NCBI RefSeq assembly: GCF_006345805.1
Contig: NW_021828638.1
Coordinates: 1-8,042 of the forward strand
Source of the DNA: Octopus sinensis
Lineage: Eukaryota
Direction: 5' to 3'
DNA length: 8,042 bases
A model generated the notes under the pieces. That model worked only from the letters and a program-made list of their open reading frames with translations. It was not told the DNA's origin and did not search any database. Position 1 is the stretch's first letter, and every line of letters starts with the position of its first letter. Shown piece by piece: positions 1-7,495 of this stretch. Made by a program: the position numbers and the translations under genes.

Positions 1-447
1 GCTAAACGATGTTGCCAGCTCGCTGCCTTAAGCAACGGTAATTTTAATTAAGATCAGAAACAAATGAACGAAAATCATTTTTGAAGGGAAAAAAAACGAT
101 GTTATAAAACTAAAACAAAAAAACAACAAATAATAAAACGTCAACAAACAAAAAATATCGGGTAATTACAGTTTAGTATCTTATGAGAATAATTAAGGGG
201 GAAAAGCAACATGGCTGCTGTCGTGGTTCGGGTATAGATAGGGTAGGAATAGCATTTAACGGATGTCTCTGGAATTTCGAGATGTAATCTTAACAGACAG
301 ACAAGAAATGTATAAAACAGTCGGACGTCTGCTCTCCAGATGTTCCAAGAACCGGTTCTGCAACCATTAGTTAAAAGACTGTACCATGAGCTCTGTAAGC
401 AAGTAAAACCTCGTGCAATAGCGACAAAACAGCGTACCTCATACGAC

Positions 448-628
448 ATATGTGTGGTGTGTTTGTGGTGTATGTATGCCTATGTATGTGGTGTAAGTAT
501 GTATGCATGTGTGTGTACGAGTATATGAATGCTTGTATGTACGTGTGAGTAGGTATACGCGTATAATTATGTATATATGTATGTATACATAGGTAGCTGG
601 AGAAAGAGAGAGAGAGACAGGAAGAGAC
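448..628. repeat. Degenerate (TG)/(TATG) microsatellite followed by a short (GA)n tract
   Basis: Directly visible: tgtgtggtgt...tatgtatgtg...atgtatacat (448-590), then agaaagagagagagagacag (600-628). The low-complexity MCVY/YIH ORFs here are artefacts. Confidence 0.9.
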
Positions 629-651
629 AAATGTCAAGAGAGATGAAAAGC

Positions 652-838
652 TAGATAATAGATAGACAGATAGAGACAGATAGATAGATAGATAGATAGA
701 TAGTAGATAGATATATAGATAGATAGATAGATAGATAGATATATAGATAGATAGATAGATATGCATGCATATATGTATATAAATGCACACACAATATGTA
801 CATGCATATATGCACACACACATATACATATACATATG
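652..838. repeat. (GATA)n tetranucleotide array followed by a (TA)/(CA) compound microsatellite
   Basis: Many tandem GATA units from 652 to 761 with a few GACA/TATA variants; TA/CA-rich to 838. Confidence 0.95.
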
Positions 839-900
839 TTCGTTTCTAGAACTACATAAATCCAGAGGAAAAGCACACTCTAAGATGTTGAGCAGTTAAT

Positions 901-1266
901 ATTATAGTGGGGGGTAGACCGGTATATGGAGTTACCCTGGGTTTCTCGCTCATACGGGGTTTAGTCTTACGGCGTATCTTCAGATCCCAAACACTGCTGG
1001 CCTGAGACCTCTATAATATATGGAGGAGAGGAAAGCCTCATTTTTAAGGGTAAAACCCAAGGAGATTATCTAAGGAAGATAATAACATTGAAAAATGGAG
1101 ACAATCACTTAGGGTTTTACCCTTAAAAACGAGGCTTTTCGCCCTCTATATTTTAGAGAGGTCTCAGGCCAGTAGTGTTTGGGGTCTGAAGCTACACTGT
1201 AAGTTTAAACCTCTTATGAGCGAGAAACCCTGGGTAATCCCATAAACCGGCCTACCCCACTATAAT
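901..1266. mobile_element. Fold-back / MITE-like non-autonomous DNA element with ~160 bp terminal inverted repeats
   Basis: 901-1061 aligns to the reverse complement of 1108-1266 at roughly 85% identity by hand (e.g. gggtttctcgctcata / tatgagcgagaaaccc; ctggcctgagacctct / agaggtctcaggccag; tttttaagggtaaaaccc / gggttttacccttaaaaa). The spacer is ~46 bp. Ends are TATA|GTGGGG ... CCCCAC|TATA, compatible with a TA or TATA target duplication. No ORF. Confidence 0.85.
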
Positions 1267-1530
1267 GTATGTATGTGCATGTATACATATATTTATATAT
1301 ACATGTATGTATGTGCATATATATACATATATACATTCATAAATATATATATATATGTATGTATTTATGATTGTATATACACACATAAATGCATATATAT
1401 TTGTATATATATGTGCGTGTGTGTGTGTGTTATATATTGTATATGCATATATTTTTATATACATAAATATACACGTGTTATGCGTATACAAACATAGCTA
1501 CATATAATCATACATGTATATGTATGTATG

Positions 1531-1566
<36 letters not shown>
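1267..1566. repeat. Compound (TA)/(TATG)/(TG) microsatellite
   Basis: Directly visible; ends in a pure (TA)n run at ~1536-1566. Confidence 0.95.
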
Positions 1567-1567
<1 letters not shown>

Positions 1568-1683
1568 TCACAACGTTGACACGTAATACTAACAAAATAA
1601 CGGATATCTATCTCAACATCGCCATTAACTAACATCATACTTACTATGACTACTACTACAACTAGTAATAATGAAATAGTAGT

Positions 1684-1728
1684 TCTCTCTCTCTCTCTCT
1701 CTCTCTCTCTCCTTTCTTCTTTCTCTCT
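1684..1728. repeat. (CT)n microsatellite / polypyrimidine tract
   Basis: ctctctct... from 1685 to 1711, then cctttcttctttctctct. Confidence 0.95.
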
Positions 1729-1798
1729 ATTCTGAGAATATGGAACATTGCTTTCGCGGTCTTTCCAGCAGCTTAAAGGAAGCTAGACATTAACGCGG

Positions 1799-1808
1799 CA
1801 CTTCCGGT
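1799..1808 (-). promoter_or_regulatory. ETS-family (GABP/ELK-type) consensus site ACCGGAAGTG
   Basis: Plus strand CACTTCCGGT matches the 10-mer consensus exactly, within a unique CpG-containing stretch. Function is unproven. Confidence 0.25.
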
Positions 1809-1934
1809 TTCAGGCCATGTCTTATCTCACCTCAGCTGTCTTCGCCTTTGGAATATCTCATCATAAACCTCTGAGCGAGAAGGCCTAGTTCTCTTTCATA
1901 CACATGCACCTAGGCAGGCACAGGTCCGTGCGCG

Positions 1935-1952
1935 CACACACACACACACACA
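1935..1952. repeat. (CA)n microsatellite
   Basis: Directly visible. Confidence 0.95.
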
Positions 1953-2187
1953 CGCGTACGGAAAAAAAACCCTGCTGCATTAAAACCTAATAAAAATGAA
2001 ATGGGTGCTAACCTACTTATTTTATATTTAAGCGAATGAAAATGCAAATGTGGAACGGGTCGAATGTTATAGCCATCTTGTTTCACTGCAACTATCTGTT
2101 TATAGTTGTTCTCACCCGGGGTCCACATGATCCTTCAGGATCCAAATAAGGCTTAATTGTTTAAAATGTTACATTTCCACAATGCAC

Positions 2188-2324
2188 AGCTTGCTTACGA
2201 ACCATGTGGTTCCGGGTTCAGTCCCACTGCGTTGCACCTCGGGCAAGTGTCTTCTACTATAGCCTCGGGCCGACCAAAGCCTTGTGAGTGGATTTGGTAG
2301 ACGGAAACTGAAAGAAGACCGTCG
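2188..2324 (+). mobile_element. tRNA-derived SINE, 5' head (A-box region truncated), octopus-type
   Basis: Pol III B-box-like GGTTCAGTCCC at 2215-2225. The body gcaagtgtcttctactatagcctcgggccgaccaaagccttgtgagtggatttggtagacggaaactgaaagaag is closely similar to the copy at 3821-3974. Confidence 0.85.
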
Positions 2325-2346
2325 TATATATATATATATATATATA

Positions 2347-2385
<39 letters not shown>

Positions 2386-2411
2386 ATATATATTATATAT
2401 TAATATATATA
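2325..2411. repeat. (TA)n-(CA)n-(TA)n microsatellite following the SINE head
   Basis: Directly visible. It occupies the position of the SINE-internal microsatellite seen in the intact copy, but carries CA rather than TG. Confidence 0.9.
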
Positions 2412-2991
2412 CAATTCTCTCCCCGATAATAAATTACAGATTCTTCTGTAGGAATTTTGTTGCTCTATAACACACGTGGGTGGACAGGGGAAGATGCGGA
2501 GCCTCATTCGTACGTTTTGAATTCGTAAGTACTGGATGTCGGAGATGGTTTGTCTGAGGTTACTCAAATCAGATGGATATGTTCGATTTTTATTGCTCTC
2601 AAATTTAGATTTAATGAAATCTCTGTGCTGATGACGGGTATGTTAGAATAGGGATGTATTTCTAGCATCTCTATATCCAACTAACCCAGAAACGCGTTCA
2701 CGAGTGATCTAATTTCGAGTGAACTTTCGTTATTTTTCCCTCTATGCCTACGTGAATTGTTTTTGAGTATACATTGTCTGGGAGACTCTTCTTATAATAG
2801 AGGAAATAGCTAAATTTTTTGGCTGCTAATTCTAAAAGTTCGGTGTGTGGTAAAGCAATTTTTTGCTGAACCCTAATTATATAAAGTAATGTTTAAATTT
2901 ACCGTAAATGGTCCTTTTACATACTGAACATTGCTTGGTAAAATTATTAATTACTAATTAATTAATTAATTTTGCCCTTATTATTATTGAC
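2412..2991 (+). mobile_element. Hammerhead-bearing insert; probable Penelope-like element (pLTR) or retrozyme-like fragment
   Basis: Unique ~580 bp block bounded on both sides by TA arrays and containing a type I hammerhead motif with a palindromic stem III. No recognisable RT or GIY-YIG coding remnant was found, so the family assignment is inference. Confidence 0.5.
2621..2704 (+). ncRNA. Type I hammerhead ribozyme motif
   Basis: Stem I CUC-U-GUG (2621-2627) / CAC-GAG (2699-2704). Core CUGAUGA 2628-2634. Long stem II: GGG/CCC, (G)UUAG/CUAA(C), and AUAGGGAUG 2648-2656 / CAUCUCUAU 2666-2674. Core GAAA 2689-2692. Palindromic stem III ACGCGU 2692-2697. Predicted cleavage after GUU at 2698. Confidence 0.8.
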
Positions 2992-3052
2992 TATATATAT
3001 ATATATATTATATATATATATAATAATATATACTATATATATATATATAATA
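2992..3052. repeat. TA-rich microsatellite
   Basis: Directly visible. Confidence 0.9.
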
Positions 3053-3292
3053 TCTGTATGTTGTATGTTTTTGTGGTATATGCTTGTGTGTCTGTATTTG
3101 TCCCCCCCCCCCAACATCGCTTGACAACTGATGCTGGTGTGTTTACGTCCCCGTAACTTAGCGGTTTCGGCAAAAGGGACCGATAAAATAAATACTAGGC
3201 TTACAAAGAAAAAGTTCTGGGGTCGATTTGTTTGACTAAAGGCGGTGCTCCAGCATGTCCATAGTCAAACGACTGAAACAAGTAAAAGAGTA
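3053..3292 (+). mobile_element. tRNA-derived SINE, 3' half (TG-rich linker, poly-C, tail)
   Basis: catcgcttgacaactgatgctggtgtgtttacgtccccgtaacttagcggtt...ggcggtgctccagcat...gactgaaacaagtaaaag aligns with 4046-4205 of the intact copy. Confidence 0.9.
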
Positions 3293-3361
3293 TACAATTC
3301 CTAATAACATTTACGTAATTATTAAAAAATATAATTTAGGGTTTTATAAAAATAATCTTCA

Positions 3362-3634
3362 AATGGCTTTGGAGAATGTATCCGGAACGAGGGAGATTCG
3401 GGAACGAAATGCCACGAAGTTGCCCTACGCGTGACATGTCGCAAGATCAACAAGTACCAGACGGATCCCACAGTTATCGAGTGGATCCCAAGCAAAGTCA
3501 TTGCACTGACAAAGGCTCCAATGGCGATAAAAGGATGACATGATCAAACCAGTGGGCCCAAATGGAAAGCACAATCGACGCAAGAATGCAAGTGTATTAT
3601 TACTAGCGATGTACAGGTAGATCAGGTAGTGTGA
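3362..3634 (+). pseudogene. Decayed 3' fragment of an RTE-1-like LINE ORF (post-RT C-terminal region)
   Basis: Across shifting frames it reads IRNE-EIRERNAT...A*HVARST..R...TVIEWIP...DDMIKPVGP-KWKAQSTQECK. This matches the RTE-clade C-terminal pattern IRNEEIR...WAGHVAR...RW...EW.P...RW.DD...W...AQDR..W. Multiple frameshifts and stops. Confidence 0.75.
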
Positions 3635-3702
3635 TCGGTAAAGACATAGTTGTCGCTTTGATATTGAACTAAGATACTGTTCACTCAGTTCATTCATAGA
3701 TC

Positions 3703-3816
3703 AGAAGTTCGCTTCATAGCCACATGGTTCAAATCACCTTGGATAAGTGGGTTCCACTATTGCCCGAGGCCGATCAATGCCTTGTGAGCAGATTTCACAG
3801 ATGGAAACTGAAAGAA
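3703..3816 (+). mobile_element. Older, degenerate SINE head with an internal deletion removing most of the B-box
   Basis: gcttcatagccacatggttc-aaat-caccttggataagtgggttccactattgcccgaggccgatcaatgccttgtgagcagatttcacagatggaaactgaaagaa aligns to the other heads with many substitutions. Confidence 0.75.
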
Positions 3817-3820
3817 ATGA

Positions 3821-4210
3821 GCCGTGTGTGTGGGGAGTAGGTTGCTTACCAACCACAAGGTTCCGCGTTCAGTCCCACTGCGTGGTACCTTGGGTAGGTA
3901 TCTTCTACTATAACCTCCGGCCGACCAAAGCCTTGTGAGAGGATTTGGTAGACGGAAACTGAAATAAGACCGGCGTATATATAGATATATATATGTATAT
4001 GTATGTGTGTATGTATGTGTGTGTGTGTGTTTCCCCCCACCCCACCATCGCTTGACAACCGATGCTGGCGTGTTTACGCTCCCGTAACTTAGTGGTTCGG
4101 CCAGAAAAACCGATAGAATAAGTACTAGACTTACAATTAATGTCCTGGGGTCGACTAAAAGCGGTGCTCCAGCAAGGCCGCAGTCAAATGACTGAAACAA
4201 ATAAAATAAT
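3821..4210 (+). mobile_element. Essentially complete tRNA-derived SINE (head, internal TA/TG microsatellite, tail)
   Basis: Head with B-box-like GTTCAGTCCC, internal (TA)(TG) array ~3975-4030, poly-C, tail ending cagtcaaatgactgaaacaaataaaata with a CAGTCA/TGACTG hairpin at 4181-4194. Confidence 0.9.
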
Positions 4211-4218
4211 GCAAGAAC

Positions 4219-4281
4219 ATGTAAATATGCATATATGCGTATATACATGTACACATTTATATACTTATACACACACATATA
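4219..4281. repeat. TA/CA microsatellite adjoining the LINE 3' end
   Basis: Directly visible. Confidence 0.85.
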
Positions 4282-5073
4282 TTTGTTATTGGTTGGCATC
4301 CTTTCTGTCTCCAGAGACAATGGAGTTGCGCATGAAGTAGTCTAGTCCGGCTTTTATATTTCATGTTCTGATACATTTCCTGCTGTGGCTGTGTAGTCCT
4401 ATCCTGGACAAACACTCCCTCTGGCAGGTACCGCAAATGTACCGAAGACTGTTCCTGGCTGGTTGTAGTGCCATAGTTTCTTGTTGACGTCTTTTCTTGC
4501 CTTTCCATTTCTCCTCTCTCTCTCCCTCTGTCGCTTCTTGTATTCCCTTTTACGGTACGTCGCCATTCTCCACGGTTGCCGGCAACTGCCTCCAACCGCT
4601 AATATTGATGTTGCAGGCCTTCATGTCCCTTTTGCAAACATCCTTGTAACGTAAGATCGGTCTACCCACAGACCTAGTACCCCTAGCAAGCTCTCCGTAG
4701 AGTATGTCCTTGGGGATTCTGCCATCTTCCATACGGCTAACATGCCCAAGCCATCTCATACGTCTTTGTGTGAGGAGTGCAAACATGCTTGGTATTCCTG
4801 CTTGCCTGAGGACATCTTTGTTGGGGATATGATTCTGCCATTTGATGCAGAGGATTTTTCGGAGGCAGCGCAGGTGAAAGATGTTTAGGCTACGCTCTTG
4901 GCGTGTGTATAGCGTCCAGGTCTCACTTCCATACAGTAGAGTGCTGAGTACACATGCCTGGTAGATCTTCATTTTCGTGGTCTTGGTCAGTTGGAGAGTT
5001 GGGCCATCGCAGCAGCTGCCTTGCCAATGCGTATATTGAGCTCAGCGTCAAGGGATAGGTTGTAGGTGACGGT

Positions 5074-6020
5074 AGAGCCCAGATAGGTAAACTTCTCCAC
5101 CTCTTGTAATCTGTGGTCTCCAATATGTATGTTTGGGATGTCCGATGTAGCCTGGCCCATGATGTTGGTCTTCTTAAGGCTGATAGCTAAGCCAAAGTCG
5201 TTACATGCTTGCTCAAAACAGTTAATGAGCCTTTGGAGGGCTTCTTCTGTGTGTGTTACCAGAGCGGCATCATCAGCAAATAACATCTTGATCAGGACGT
5301 TTCTGATTTTGGTCTTGGCACGCAGGCGCGAGAGATTGAACAGTTTCCCGTCACTTCTACTGTGCAGAAACACTCCATCATCTGATGTCTGAAAGGCATG
5401 TGAGAGTAAGAGCGAGATGCCAAATAATGTAGGAGCGAGGACACAACCTTGCTTTACCCTGTTTTTTATTTGGAGGGCGGCTGATGTTGAACCGTTGTGC
5501 TGTATGGTGCCTTGCATGTCATCATGGAAAGACTTGATGATCCTCAGCAGCTTTGGTGGACATCCGATTTTTTGGAGCAGGATGAAGAGGCCTGTTCTGC
5601 TTACCGAGTCAAAAGCCTTTGTTAGATCAATGAAGGCCATATATAATGGCATTTTCTGCTCTCTGGACTTCTCCTGAAGTTGGCGTATGGAGAATATCAT
5701 ATCGATAGTTGATCTGCTTCTTCTAAAGCCACACTGCGATTCCGGATAGATTCGAGAAGCAAGTAGTTGTAGTTGGCCAGGATGACGCGGGCAAAGGTCT
5801 TTCCAACAGTGCTTAGAAGGGATATACCACGGTAATTGTTACAATCACTACGGTCACCTTTGTTTTTGTAAAGCGTAATGATGTTAGCATCCCGCATATC
5901 CTGAGGGACTGTACCCTCTTCCCAGCACTGACACAGAAGCTCATGAAGGTGCCGAAGCAGGATGGTGTTTTTGCCGGCTTTGATGATCTCTGAGGGGATG
6001 CCGTCTTTTCTCGGAGCCTT
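5074..6020 (-). other. Reverse transcriptase domain of the LINE
   Basis: Motifs KDGIPSE, NYRGISLLS, YPESQCGFR (shifted frame), FIDLTKAFD, VKQGCVLAP, LFADD (5269-5280) and FTYLGS. Confidence 0.95.
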
Positions 6021-6737
6021 ATTTCTTGCTAGGGAGTCAACAGCCTTGGTGAGCTCTGCTATAGATGGCGGACTGTCAAGTTCGCACATGACTGGCAAGA
6101 TCTTGACACTCTCGACTGCAGCCTCAGCCACTGTGGTCTCCCGTGTGTAGAGATCCTGGTAGTGCTCCACCCATCTATCCATTTGCTTGCCTTGATCCCT
6201 GATGAGATCTCCAGTAGTTGATTTCAGAGGGGCTGACTTGGTTGCGGATGGACCGAGGGCCTCTTCAAACCGGCATACATCCCACGGTGTCGCCCCTATC
6301 AGCAGCTGACTGGATACTCTGACGGATTCCTCCTGCCAATACCTATTTGCACAGCGTCTGGCTGTCAGTTGGGTTTTATTTCGTGCCTTTCTGAGTTCTT
6401 CGAGTGACTTTGTAGAAGAGTCACTCTTGTATTGCACCAGAGTTGCACGCTTTGCTTCGATAACTGGCTCCAGCTCTGAGAGCCCAGCATTGAACCAATC
6501 TGGGTTTTGCCTTTCTCTCATGCCGAAAGTATCCAATGATGTCGTATACAAGGCTTCCCTGATATAGTCCCACCTACTTTCAGCAGAGGAGGTTGGGCAG
6601 CTACAGAGGGCAACCTTGATAGAAGCAGCAAAGCATTTTCTCAGTGTAGGGTCCGAGGTTCTGGCGGTGTTGATGCGTGGTCGGCCAACTTTCTTGGAGC
6701 GATGGACTTTTTTAGGCAGAATCCTCACCCTGCTTCT

Positions 6738-7495
6738 AATTAGTGAGTGGTCTGTGTCACAATCCGCGGTGTGGTAACTGCGGGTCAATAGAGTAGAATT
6801 CAGAAAGGATCTCCGTGTAATGATGAGATCCAGCTGATGCCAGTGGTGAGATCTTGGATGTCTCCAGGATGCCTTGTGGGATGGCTTGTTGGTAAAGAAT
6901 GTGTTTGTGATGCACAGGTTGTGGTATGTGCAGAATTCGAGTAGTCTCTGAACATTGTCATTCCTGTTGCCAATACCAGTGTCCAACACAAATGGGCCAC
7001 GAATCATGGTCAGATCCCACGCGAGCGTTAAAATCCCCTAGAAGGTAGATATTTTCAGTCGTTGGTATATTTTCTATGACACAGTTGAAATCTTTGTAGA
7101 ACTGGTCCTTGGTCTCCTCTGAGCTGTAGAGAGTGGGAGCATAGATGCTGAGTAGATGTACTGAGCCAGAAGAAGTCGAGAGGCGCAGTGAGAGGATACG
7201 CTCAGTGCCTCCCGATGGTGGTTCTATCGAGGAGAGTAGTGAGTTTCTCACTGCAAAGCCAACGCCATGTTGACGAGGTTCTTCTGGATCTCTTCCTGCC
7301 AAAAGAAGGTGAAATCCTGCTCTTTGAGTTGCCGTTTGAGGGAAGTCTTGTCTCCTGCAGCCCAGCAATATCTATGTTGAGCCTCTTTAGTTCACGGTCA
7401 ATGATGGCCGTTTTCCTTGTGTCTTCAATCCTGAGAAGATCATCAGATATTCCAGGACACATGGTCCTGACATTCCAGCTTGCCAACCGCAGAAC
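6738..7495 (-). other. Apurinic-like endonuclease (APE/EEP) domain of the LINE
   Basis: Motifs LASWNVRT, GLQETR, HGVGFAV, SIYAPT, LLGDFNARVG, QLDLII and CDTDH; catalytic residues are present. Confidence 0.95.

Noticed and set aside
1109-1114. Isolated TTAGGG/CCCTAA hexamers (also ~2871 and ~3336)
   Set aside because: Single copies, not telomeric arrays.
901-1266. CRISPR array or prokaryotic system
   Set aside because: No regularly spaced direct repeats with unique spacers, no cas or operon-like genes; the context is clearly eukaryotic.
340-1497. ORFs rich in Y/I/C/V/H/M (340-528, 371-835, 439-630, 634-876, 1252-1491, 1273-1497)
   Set aside because: Translations of TA/TG/GATA microsatellites, which lack stops in some frames.
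1831-1909. Candidate minus-strand exon VHVYERELGLLAQRFMMRYSKGEDS* with AG acceptor and GTGAGA donor; slight resemblance to the E2F LGLL.QKF motif
   Set aside because: Only 25 codons, with a stop just before the donor and no supporting neighbouring exons; the resemblance is too short to be meaningful.
2188-2260. tRNA gene call for the SINE heads
   Set aside because: B-box-like motif only; no complete cloverleaf, and it continues into SINE body sequence.
2412-2900. Two minus-strand stop-free frames of ~65-80 codons either side of the hammerhead (…LLELAAKKFSYFLYY…; …DFIKSKFESNKNRTYP…)
   Set aside because: Not continuous across the ribozyme region, and I recognise no RT or GIY-YIG motif. A translated search could revisit this.
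2169-4340. ORFs 2169-2372, 3425-3697, 3747-3938, 3757-4320, 3846-4058 and 4140-4340
   Set aside because: Incidental frames through SINEs or antisense to the decayed RTE fragment; no domain signal.
7410-7447. Other CTGATGA words (minus strand ~7439-7445 and ~5270-5276; plus strand ~6199-6205)
   Set aside because: They fall inside LINE coding sequence and lack a correctly placed GAAA and stems.
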